Assembly (NCBI GenBank): GCA_025362295.1
Contig: JANYGX010000010.1
Span: forward strand, 26,388-90,387
Direction of reading: 5' to 3'
Length of the DNA: 64,000 nucleotides
Origin: Sphingomonadales bacterium
GTDB lineage: Bacteria > Pseudomonadota > Alphaproteobacteria > Sphingomonadales > Sphingomonadaceae
Shown in pieces: positions 34,291-43,102 of the stretch. The first letter of the stretch is position 1. Every line of letters starts with the position of its first letter. The notes beneath the pieces are model-generated. The model saw only the letters and a program-made list of their open reading frames with translations, did not search any database and was not told the DNA's origin. Position numbers and translations under genes: made by a program.

Positions 34291-37242
34291 TCAGAATTTT
34301 GCAGCCACACCTGCCGTGATGGTGCGGCCATAGGCAGTGTAGCCAGCATCAACGGAACTGCCGGTTGGTGTCGCGCCACCGGCCCAGGTCGCGTAAGGAT
34401 TGCCGTTGAGGAAGGTCCTGACGATTGAATTCGTCAGGTTCCGTCCATCCAGATATATTTTGAAATTATCTGTCAGTTGATACGATGCCGTGGCTGTGAC
34501 CCAGTTTGATCGGCTGGCGATAGCATTCTGGTCGGGGATTTCAGTTGTGTTGTTGAAGACAAAAGAGCTTGAGTGATCGATATTGGCGCTGATCGATATT
34601 GGACCCTTCTCGTAGAACACATTGATCGAAACTGTCGTTGGCACAACACCCGCAGCTTTTGAAGTGACGCCATTGACTGTTGATTGGCTCCAGTTGTGGG
34701 TAAACTGCGCGCGGATGCCAAGGCCGTTATCCAGCAAATGCTGCCAGCCAAGTTCTATACCATAGACCTGGCCACTGGAGCCGTTCAGTGGCTTGATCAC
34801 ACTGAACAGCTGCGGCACACACGGATTGCCATTATAGCACCCCACCGCACCGATATCGACATTATCGAGTTGAACGGTTGTGATATCATCGCGCAGCCAT
34901 TTCTTAAAGACACCCACCGACACTAAATCGCGCGGCGCATAATACCATTCAAGCGACGCATCGGCTTGCCACGCCTTGATCGGCTTGAGACCCGTGTTAC
35001 CGCTATAGTTCAGCACAAAGACCCTGTTGATAGCGTTGTTTGTTGAGGTCGGTGCAAGCTGGTTCAGGCTTGGTCGTGAGAGCACCTTGGCGACGGCCAG
35101 GCGAAATTGCAGATTTTGCATCACTTCATAATTCAGATTGACTGATGGCAGAGGCAGAAAATAACTGTTGCTGTCACTGATTGGTTTGGCGGGTGTGATG
35201 ATCACCGTACCTGGGTTGGTTGGCACCGAGGTATCAGCAACAGTGATGGAATTGATAGCATCAACAGCTGTTGATGCAGTCGTTCGTGTATAGACCAGCC
35301 GCACGCCAATATTGCCTGACAATTTTTGCGTCTTGAACCGTGCTTCCAGGTAGCTTGAGAATGTTTGCTCGCTGACCAAATAGGAGTTGGTTGCATTCAA
35401 TGCAGGTAACGTATTGGCAAATAGGTAGGTGCCATTGCCTGCAGTATAATTTGGTGTACCGTCCAATTTTTTCAGAGCATTTAGTAAAGCTGGCGCATTA
35501 AGTAAGACCGAGGTGGTTGGAACATTGCCGCCAGCACCCTGTAAATAATTTGGGAAATTAAAAGTAGAGATAATGCCGCCACCGAGTGTCGCAAACGTGA
35601 TGGGGGTTGACTGAATAAGCGGCTGATTATCTGTTCGTGTGGTAAGCGTATTATAGAGGGAGCCATACTGGTTTGAGCCGTTGTTCCAGTCGTTGCTGAT
35701 GTCGTTGCGGGTTTTGCCGCGCTTGGTATAGCCGACACCAAAATCGATGCCTGAGAGAAAGCCGCTGTCTACTGCAAACGTGCCATCAATCTTGCCGCTG
35801 GTGACAACATCGCGAATGGAATAGCCACCAAGCCCAACATAATGCGTGCTCCATCGGCTTTGATCATTGAGTTGGCCGGAGGCAAGCGCGTGTGCGTAAT
35901 CAGTGCCGTCTGGCAAGGTTACACTGATATTCGGCAGGGCATTTGGATTGGCTGATACGGAAATTGTGTTCTGGTTATACGGCGTATTTGAGACCAGTCC
36001 GGCTGTTACAAAATTATCCTTGCCACCTTCAGGGCGATTGGCCAGCGAGCGATAGACATCCGCCTTCAGCGTCAGTCGCGAGTTTACCTCCCACGTAGCA
36101 TTTAGGCCGAACAGATAGGTGTTCACCACCCGGTCAATGGTCTGGTTGATCACTTCCGGTGTAAAATTATTACCGGTAAACGATGTGATAAGACCATTTT
36201 TAACAGTGACATTCGACCATTCAGGCAGCCCATTATGATCATAGGTAAAATCTGGAAAATAACCCTGGTTGTATGCAACCTGCGGATCATTCAACCGTGT
36301 ATACATCGCGTCAGCCACAATATGCAGGGTCGGTGTTGGTCGCCACTCCACAGTGCTGGTCAGTGCAATGCGTTTTTTCTGGTCTACCACAGAGCCAAAC
36401 GACAGGCAGCATAGCGCCACCACCGGTTTGGCATCAACCGGAACCGGATCACCCTGCGTTGGCGCAAATGGATAAACGCCAGGATTGTTGGCATCGTAAG
36501 TCTGGTAATTCAACGCATCGGTGCGGGTTTTGATATTGGAATAGACAGCGCCGACCAAAATGCCGAGTGTTTTGCCACTGTTTGCATAACTGAGAAAGCC
36601 AGAGACTTTGCCGCCCTTGTTATGCGACATATCGTTATAATTGCCCTCCAGCCGCGCTGCACCCGTGAAGCCAGCGTGATCAAACGCCCTCGCCGATCGC
36701 AAGTTCACCGTGCCACCGATGCTCCCTTCAATAGCAGATGCCTCGGATGATTTGATTACATCGGCACCCGAAATCACATCAGACGGCAAAATATCAAAGG
36801 CAAAATCCCGACCGTCATCATCGGTTGCCAAAATACGCTCATTTAGAGTTACAATATTGTAACTTGAGTTTAGGCCGCGAATTGTCACATGCTGGCCATC
36901 ACCGCCGGTGGTCCGGTTGATTGTAATCCCGTTCAGGTGACTAAGAGAATCAGCAACGTCGCTGTCAGGAAAGCGCCCCAACTCAGTGGCATTGATTGAT
37001 TCAAGCACAATGTTTGCATTACGTTTTGTGCGTATAGATTTGGTGAGACTCCCCCGCACGCCAGTCACCACAATTTCGTCAAGTGTTAACTCGGAAGGCG
37101 TGGCTTTCTTATCAGTTGTTTTAACGGTCGCTGACGCGTTATCGTTTATGTTTTGGCCATGGACACCCGTGGTGAACGGTATCAGAGCGATGATATTAAT
37201 CGCACAACTGGTGTGCAATGATTTTAATATTTTGGATTTCAT
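34291..37242 (-). CDS. TonB-dependent outer-membrane receptor (probable oligosaccharide/aminosugar uptake)
   Basis: 983 aa. Signal peptide, TonB-box/plug DEIVVTGVRGSL...LNGITINR, long beta-barrel, C-terminal ...TAGVAAKF. Heads the sugar-utilisation locus. Confidence 0.9.
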   Translation of the reverse strand: MKSKILKSLHTSCAINIIALIPFTTGVHGQNINDNASATVKTTDKKATPSELTLDEIVVTGVRGSLTKSIRTKRNANIVLESINATELGRFPDSDVADSLSHLNGITINRTTGGDGQHVTIRGLNSSYNIVTLNERILATDDDGRDFAFDILPSDVISGADVIKSSEASAIEGSIGGTVNLRSARAFDHAGFTGAARLEGNYNDMSHNKGGKVSGFLSYANSGKTLGILVGAVYSNIKTRTDALNYQTYDANNPGVYPFAPTQGDPVPVDAKPVVALCCLSFGSVVDQKKRIALTSTVEWRPTPTLHIVADAMYTRLNDPQVAYNQGYFPDFTYDHNGLPEWSNVTVKNGLITSFTGNNFTPEVINQTIDRVVNTYLFGLNATWEVNSRLTLKADVYRSLANRPEGGKDNFVTAGLVSNTPYNQNTISVSANPNALPNISVTLPDGTDYAHALASGQLNDQSRWSTHYVGLGGYSIRDVVTSGKIDGTFAVDSGFLSGIDFGVGYTKRGKTRNDISNDWNNGSNQYGSLYNTLTTRTDNQPLIQSTPITFATLGGGIISTFNFPNYLQGAGGNVPTTSVLLNAPALLNALKKLDGTPNYTAGNGTYLFANTLPALNATNSYLVSEQTFSSYLEARFKTQKLSGNIGVRLVYTRTTASTAVDAINSITVADTSVPTNPGTVIITPAKPISDSNSYFLPLPSVNLNYEVMQNLQFRLAVAKVLSRPSLNQLAPTSTNNAINRVFVLNYSGNTGLKPIKAWQADASLEWYYAPRDLVSVGVFKKWLRDDITTVQLDNVDIGAVGCYNGNPCVPQLFSVIKPLNGSSGQVYGIELGWQHLLDNGLGIRAQFTHNWSQSTVNGVTSKAAGVVPTTVSINVFYEKGPISISANIDHSSSFVFNNTTEIPDQNAIASRSNWVTATASYQLTDNFKIYLDGRNLTNSIVRTFLNGNPYATWAGGATPTGSSVDAGYTAYGRTITAGVAAKF

Positions 37243-37452
37243 ATACCATCCCTTACGAACACGCCTGTGCAGGCATCAGATTTCTTTTATAGTTTTGAAA
37301 CTTAAATTATGTATCACAAGTTTCAATTAGCATTGTTTAACACGTGATAGTTTCGTTGCCAAGCATGATTTTAATTTAACGCCTTAAATCGTCGCTTTTC
37401 TACTTTGTGTTGCATTATTACACGATTAAGGAGAAGTAGACCTGTTCAACCT

Positions 37453-38235
37453 ATGGAATTTTTTATGCGCGATACCAGCAATCGTCGTCAGCGGATCAGC
37501 GCCATGCTGCAAGAAAATGGCAGTGTGCAGGTTTTGCCGCTGTCCGACATGTTTGGTGTTTCAACGCAAACAATACGCAAAGACTTATTTTATCTCGAAG
37601 GCAGAGGCATTGCGACCCGTTCCTATGGCGGCGCCATATCATCTTCTGTGGTTGGCTTGGCGACCGAAACGGCCGTTGAAGCCAAACGCACAATCCATAC
37701 GATTGAAAAGGAGCGGATTGGAAAACACGCGGCAGGGCTTGTGATGCCGGGTGAGTCCATTGTGCTGGATTCCGGCACCACCACGGCATTGATTGCGCGT
37801 TATTTGCCGGACAGCGAGGATATCACAGTAGTCACCAATGATTTTGGCGTGCTGAGTGAACTTGTGAATAAAGCGCACATTAAAATTGTCATGCTTGGCG
37901 GCGGCCTGCGCCGTAAAAACATGGCATTTTACGGCGCGCAAACCGAAGCTGCGATGAGCGGCCTGTTTGTTGACAAATTGTTTCTGGGTGTTGATGGTTT
38001 CGACATGGAAAAAGGCATCACCACGCACCACGAAAGTGAGGCCTTGCTCAACCGCACCATGGCTAATATGGCACGGCAGATTATTGCTGTCACTGACAGC
38101 TCAAAATTTGGCCGTATGTGTTTGCACAAAATTGTTGGCATCGATGAACTTGATATGCTGATCACCGACAAGGCGGCGGACGCCAGCCTTGTCGATGGCA
38201 CCCGGGCGCTTGGTGTGGATGTTGTTATTACTTGA
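37453..38235 (+). CDS. DeoR-family transcriptional repressor (AgaR-like by context)
   Basis: HTH RRQRISAMLQENGSVQVLPLSDMFGVSTQTIRKDLFYLEGRGIATRSYGGA and a DeoR C-terminal sugar-phosphate sensor domain. The start (37453 or 37465) is uncertain. Confidence 0.85.
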   Translation: MEFFMRDTSNRRQRISAMLQENGSVQVLPLSDMFGVSTQTIRKDLFYLEGRGIATRSYGGAISSSVVGLATETAVEAKRTIHTIEKERIGKHAAGLVMPGESIVLDSGTTTALIARYLPDSEDITVVTNDFGVLSELVNKAHIKIVMLGGGLRRKNMAFYGAQTEAAMSGLFVDKLFLGVDGFDMEKGITTHHESEALLNRTMANMARQIIAVTDSSKFGRMCLHKIVGIDELDMLITDKAADASLVDGTRALGVDVVIT

Positions 38236-39337
38236 GTGTGTGCATTGTTTGGCTGAAAAATTCCTGCTGCGCATTATTCCAGTAGATTTTATCGATAACT
38301 TTTTTAGGTAAATGCAAACCCTGAATATTATTTTTTAGATCACCGATATATTGTGTTTTGCCAGTTGCCAGATATCGCCAGTCTGATGCCCATTGATGAT
38401 GCGCTTCACGGGAAAAGGCAACAGGCTTTACATTTTCTTCCATCGTAATGTCGCTGCCATAGATAATGCGATCAGCATAGATAATAAAAAAATTTCTGAC
38501 TTTGTTGCGCTCAGTTCGTGATTGATACTGCACCTGTGTCATCCGCGCGGCCAAGTCTATGTTAGCGTGTGGATAACGATCAAGAAACGTTTTCAGCTTG
38601 TCAATGCTCCACTCCAGACTGGCCATGTGTGCGCCGACGAAAGAGAGCGTTGGATGACGATCTAGAAATCGATCTCGCGCCGCCATCTGTTCGTCGTAGC
38701 TTGGCAGTTCAGGATGCAGATACATGTGATATTGCGGATGAGCCTTGAAATAACTGCGATCATTTTCCGTGGTCATCTCATCAAGCGACACCCAGCAATT
38801 GTGCGGCTCGCCCATATGGCCAATGAGCGGCACGCCAAGCGATTCCACTTTTGCCATAACAGCATCAAAATCCGGGTTATCAATCATCACCAGCTTGCCA
38901 TCCGCACCGCGCAAACTCATTCCAATATTTTTCCATACCTTTATAGCGACCGCTCCACCTTTCACGGCTTGCGATATAGAGGCGATGACATCTTGCGGCC
39001 ACGCTGGCTTTCCCCAGTCTTTCACGGAAAAGCTTGCCGCAAAGTGAAACCGGTCTGGTGCCGTTGCTTGAAACCCCTGAGCCAAATCATATTGGCGCGC
39101 TAGCGGTGGAAAATCAGGGTAGTCCACGTTGATCGACAACAATTCGAAATTGTCTTGCTGCGCCAGCTTTATAAAAGCCGGATTGCTGCTGTTGATGTGA
39201 ACATGCGCATCGAATTTCCGGATCTTTTGAAAATCCGCAAGACCATAAAATTTTTCTAAAACAGGTTTTGCATCAGCTGGCACCGCAGAACCAACCACAA
39301 CCAGCAGCCAAACGAACAAATAAACAAATAATTTCAT
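38228..39337 (-). CDS. Exported metal-dependent amidohydrolase-superfamily protein
   Basis: Start trimmed to MKLFVYLFVWLLVVVGSAVPADA (signal peptide). HxH motif in FDAHVHINS. TIM-barrel amidohydrolase-like spacing of His/Asp residues. Confidence 0.65.
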   Translation of the reverse strand: MKLFVYLFVWLLVVVGSAVPADAKPVLEKFYGLADFQKIRKFDAHVHINSSNPAFIKLAQQDNFELLSINVDYPDFPPLARQYDLAQGFQATAPDRFHFAASFSVKDWGKPAWPQDVIASISQAVKGGAVAIKVWKNIGMSLRGADGKLVMIDNPDFDAVMAKVESLGVPLIGHMGEPHNCWVSLDEMTTENDRSYFKAHPQYHMYLHPELPSYDEQMAARDRFLDRHPTLSFVGAHMASLEWSIDKLKTFLDRYPHANIDLAARMTQVQYQSRTERNKVRNFFIIYADRIIYGSDITMEENVKPVAFSREAHHQWASDWRYLATGKTQYIGDLKNNIQGLHLPKKVIDKIYWNNAQQEFFSQTMHTLK

Positions 39338-39494
39338 GGGTCTATCCTTAAAAATTACATTCAATTGCTAATATGGCAAAAAAACAATCATAATGGAAGT
39401 ATCTTTTTCATTGTTTTAATATCATCTCTTGCGCTCGATGAGTTTTGAATGATATGCTTAATTATCTACAATAGATCAAATGCGATGGTATTTT

Positions 39495-41567
39495 ATGTCA
39501 ATTTTTTGCAGTGTCGTGTTCAGGTCAGTTTGCACACTATGCGTTTTAGCTGTTGCAAGCCTTACGGCGCTCGCGGTCACCGCTGGCTCTGCCGATACCC
39601 TGCACACATTACGTGGCAATGGCATCAGCCTGCAGTTCGACAGCGCCATGCACAGCCGTGTGATATCCACATTGGATGCCGCACCCTTGAATGTGACCGA
39701 TATCAATGCCAGCGATTACCTGCTGGATGCACACAATGCAATTGTCGATCAATTTACATTACAGACCGAAACTTCGGAGACGCTAACCGATGCACATGGG
39801 AATGGGAGACATCATACGTTGACGGGAAGCGCAAAATCCGGCCTTCAGAAGCGTGTGAACATAACATTTTATGATCGTTATCCAGGTTTGGCGGTGCTGA
39901 AAGTAGAGTATAAAAACCTTTCTGCAGCACCGATGATTTTCAGCAAGTGGGTCAACAGCCAGTATACTCTAAAAGCGAGCCCGTCGGGGTTTTGGGCTTA
40001 TCAGGGTGCGTCGTTTTCCGATCGGCGTGACTGGCTACACATGATACCTGTCGGCTTTCAACAGCAAAATTTCATGGGCATGAACGCATCTGATTATGGC
40101 AGTGGTACACCCGTTCTTGATGTCTGGCGGCGTGATATTGGTTTGGCCATCGGCCATATTGAAACTGCACCGCATCTTGTTTCCCTGCCTGTTGCCGTCA
40201 CACCAGCGGGGGCTGCACTCCACATCGAAATGGAAACAGCCATAAAACTTTTGCCTGCGCAAAATTTCTCGACCCTGGAAACATTTGTTTATGTGCATCA
40301 GCGTGATCATTATGCCACGCTAAAAACATTTCGGCATATTATGGCCGAAAATGGATTGGAACATAAGGCTTTTCCCGCATCGTCCTACGAGCCAATATGG
40401 TGTGCCTGGGGCTATGAGCGCGATTTCTCGGTTGATAAGGTCCGAGCGACTCTACCGGTCGCAAAACGTCTTGGCTTTGTTTGGGCCGGTGTTGATGATG
40501 GCTGGCAAAACAATGTGGGCGACTGGGCACTGGATTCCAAAAAATTTCCACGTGGCGATGCTGATATGGTTACTTTGGTGCAAGACATCAAACGTGCTGG
40601 CCTGAAACCCAAATTATGGATATCCCCGCTTGGCGTTTCGCCAGGTAGCGATATGCTGCACGACCATGCGGATATGCTGCTGCTCGATAAAGATGGTGCT
40701 GTCCAGAATATTACCTGGTGGAACAGTTTTTACCTGTGTCCAGCGTATCCAAAAACTATTGAAAATATCAAAATGCTTGTTACGCACATTATGAAAGACT
40801 GGGGTTTTGAGGGCCTGAAAATTGATGGCCAGCATTTGAACGGTGTGGCCCCCTGCTATAATCCGGCGCATCATCACACGAGGCCCGAAGAATCTATCGA
40901 GAAGTTGCAGGCATTCTACAAAGCCATTTACGAAACAGCCTTGGCAATCAATCCAGATGCCGTGATTGAAATTTGCCCGTGCGGCACGTCACAATCTTTT
41001 TATAACACGCTTTATCAAAACCAGGCGGTTGCGTCCGATCCTGAATCCTCCTGGCAAGTGCGCCTGAAAGGTAAAACCATGAAAGGCCTCATGGGCGACG
41101 ATGCACCGTATGCCGGAGATCATGTCGAATTGAGTGATAAAGCGGCTGATTTTGCCTCGACTGTCGGCATCGGTGGTATTATCAGCACAAAATTTACCAC
41201 TGCCATCGATGCACATCCTGAAAAAGGCTTTGTATTGACCAATGAAAAAGAGGCTGTCTGGAAAAAATGGTCGGCCATTTATAGTGATTTGATGTTGTCC
41301 AAAGCTGTGTATCGCGGCGAGCTTTATGACATCGGTTTTGATAAACCGGAAACTCATGCCATTACAAAAAATAACACCATGTTCTATGCTTTTTATGCCA
41401 AGGACTGGAATGGCACAATAGCCTTACGCGGGCTTTCACAAAAAGCTTATCGTCTTACGGATTATGTTAACGGTCGGGATCTTGGCATAGTCAAAGGCTC
41501 ATCAGCAACACTTGCAACGTCTTTCAAGGGCTCATTGCTCATCAAAGCTGAGCCTGCCAGCCACTGA
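39495..41567 (+). CDS. Exported clan-D (GH36/GH27-like) alpha-galactosidase / alpha-N-acetylgalactosaminidase candidate
   Basis: N-terminal signal (MSIFCSVVFRSVCTLCVLAVASLTALAVTAGSA). FVWAGVDDGWQ (DDGW motif), LKIDGQH (K-x-D motif) and IEICPCGTS (CxxG motif) recall GH36-type catalytic domains. Confidence 0.6.
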   Translation: MSIFCSVVFRSVCTLCVLAVASLTALAVTAGSADTLHTLRGNGISLQFDSAMHSRVISTLDAAPLNVTDINASDYLLDAHNAIVDQFTLQTETSETLTDAHGNGRHHTLTGSAKSGLQKRVNITFYDRYPGLAVLKVEYKNLSAAPMIFSKWVNSQYTLKASPSGFWAYQGASFSDRRDWLHMIPVGFQQQNFMGMNASDYGSGTPVLDVWRRDIGLAIGHIETAPHLVSLPVAVTPAGAALHIEMETAIKLLPAQNFSTLETFVYVHQRDHYATLKTFRHIMAENGLEHKAFPASSYEPIWCAWGYERDFSVDKVRATLPVAKRLGFVWAGVDDGWQNNVGDWALDSKKFPRGDADMVTLVQDIKRAGLKPKLWISPLGVSPGSDMLHDHADMLLLDKDGAVQNITWWNSFYLCPAYPKTIENIKMLVTHIMKDWGFEGLKIDGQHLNGVAPCYNPAHHHTRPEESIEKLQAFYKAIYETALAINPDAVIEICPCGTSQSFYNTLYQNQAVASDPESSWQVRLKGKTMKGLMGDDAPYAGDHVELSDKAADFASTVGIGGIISTKFTTAIDAHPEKGFVLTNEKEAVWKKWSAIYSDLMLSKAVYRGELYDIGFDKPETHAITKNNTMFYAFYAKDWNGTIALRGLSQKAYRLTDYVNGRDLGIVKGSSATLATSFKGSLLIKAEPASH

Positions 41568-41568
41568 T

Positions 41569-42111
41569 ATGCAAACAAAAAAATTTCTTGCCTTGTTACC
41601 GCTCATTTGTTTTTTCAGCAATGCAAAGGCTTTTGCGGATGTGCCGCACAGTTTACCCGAATTGACACTGCCAATGCTGGACGGTGTGCATCAGCTCAAG
41701 TTGAACGGCCACATAGGCAAAGTGATCTATCTTGATATCTGGGCATCAAGCTGTGCAGCGTGCACGCTGGCTTTGCCGGATCTTGAGACCATGCACTCTG
41801 AGATAGCTTCTGATGATTTTGAAGTGCTATCAATTACTGTTGATCGAACTTCAAGCGATGCAAATCGCTTCCTCCAAAAACTTCATTTAAATATACCGTC
41901 TGCTCTTGATGCTGACAGTAAAACACTGGCGTTACTGTCAGTTACAGGTTTACCCGCCGGGTTTCTGGTGGATGCGACTGGTAAAATAAGATTGATCCAC
42001 CAAGGCTACAGACCCAGGCAATCTGAGTTTTTAAAAGCTTATATAGACAAACTATTACAAGAGCATGCTGTTGCATTGGATGATGCGCGCAAAACCAAGA
42101 ACAGGAATTAA
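41569..42111 (+). CDS. Exported TlpA/ResA-like thioredoxin-fold thiol-disulfide oxidoreductase
   Basis: Start trimmed to MQTKKFLALLPLICFFSNAKAFA. Redox motif WASSCAAC (CxxC). About 180 aa. Confidence 0.65.
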   Translation: MQTKKFLALLPLICFFSNAKAFADVPHSLPELTLPMLDGVHQLKLNGHIGKVIYLDIWASSCAACTLALPDLETMHSEIASDDFEVLSITVDRTSSDANRFLQKLHLNIPSALDADSKTLALLSVTGLPAGFLVDATGKIRLIHQGYRPRQSEFLKAYIDKLLQEHAVALDDARKTKNRN

Positions 42112-42113
42112 AC

Positions 42114-43019
42114 ATGGGCCGTAAACCGTGGCTGAGTTACGCTTTGATCACAACAATACTCTGGGGCATCTGGGGGGCTTTTACCGGTATCTCTACGGCG
42201 CACAAATTCCCTGAGACGTTGGTATATTGTGTCTGGTCCGTGACCATGATTGGACCGGCAGTTGTCGTTTTATCCCGCAATGGCTGGCATATTGAAACCG
42301 ACCTTAAATCGGTTCTCTATGGTTTGATAATAGGATTTCTTGGTGCTGGCGGGCAGATGGTGTTGTTTTACGCTGTTACAAAAGGCCCTGCCTATCTTAT
42401 TTTTCCCATCATCTCGCTATCGCCACTTGTTACAATTATTTTGTCGTTCATCATTTTACAGGAACGCACCAACTGGATGGGTGTGGTCGGCATTCTGCTT
42501 GCGCTTGTAGCATTACCGATGTTTGATTTTACCACAGAAGGTTTTCATACAAAAATTGATGGCGGCTGGTTCACGCTCTCCGTGCTCATAATGCTGTGCT
42601 GGGGTTTGCAAGCTTTTTTCATGAAGTTTGCCAGTGCCAAAATGTCAGCTGATTCTATTTTCTTTTATATGACTGTCACAGGGTTGCTGCTGGCACCCAT
42701 TGCATGGATGATGACAGACCATACAAAAGCGATCAACACCGGCCTTGATGGCCCATGGCTGGCGGCGGGCATTCAAGTGCTGAATGCCATAGGGGCACTC
42801 ACTCTGGTCTACGCTTTTCGCTACGGCAAAGCGATTGTCGTGTCACCGCTAACAAACGCAGGTGCACCGCTTATAACGGCTGTTATATCCTTGGCTGCGC
42901 TGGGCACCATGCCAGGCCAGCTTAAATTATTGGGCATAGCGATTTCAGCTCTCGCAGCCGTTTTGCTGGCCATGTCTCCAGAAGACGATACCAAAGTGGA
43001 GTCGGCACCTCAGGTTTAA
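42114..43019 (+). CDS. DMT-superfamily (EamA/GRP-like) 10-TM permease, candidate sugar transporter
   Basis: 301 aa with about 10 hydrophobic helices in two similar halves. Positioned between the glycosidase and the cytoplasmic Aga enzymes. Confidence 0.65.
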   Translation: MGRKPWLSYALITTILWGIWGAFTGISTAHKFPETLVYCVWSVTMIGPAVVVLSRNGWHIETDLKSVLYGLIIGFLGAGGQMVLFYAVTKGPAYLIFPIISLSPLVTIILSFIILQERTNWMGVVGILLALVALPMFDFTTEGFHTKIDGGWFTLSVLIMLCWGLQAFFMKFASAKMSADSIFFYMTVTGLLLAPIAWMMTDHTKAINTGLDGPWLAAGIQVLNAIGALTLVYAFRYGKAIVVSPLTNAGAPLITAVISLAALGTMPGQLKLLGIAISALAAVLLAMSPEDDTKVESAPQV

Positions 43020-43102
43020 CTGAAGTTTCATTTTACATCTTTTATTATCTACAGTATAGTATAAATTAATACTGAAACTTTTTAACTGGTTGCGGAAACT
43101 AT

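Noticed and set aside
38570-38578. Perfect DnaA box TGTGGATAA (also the near-box TTATCCACC at 590-598); possible replication origin near dnaN.
   Set aside because: These are isolated single boxes inside coding sequences. There is no cluster of boxes and no AT-rich unwinding element, and the dnaN upstream region (30752-30984) has none.
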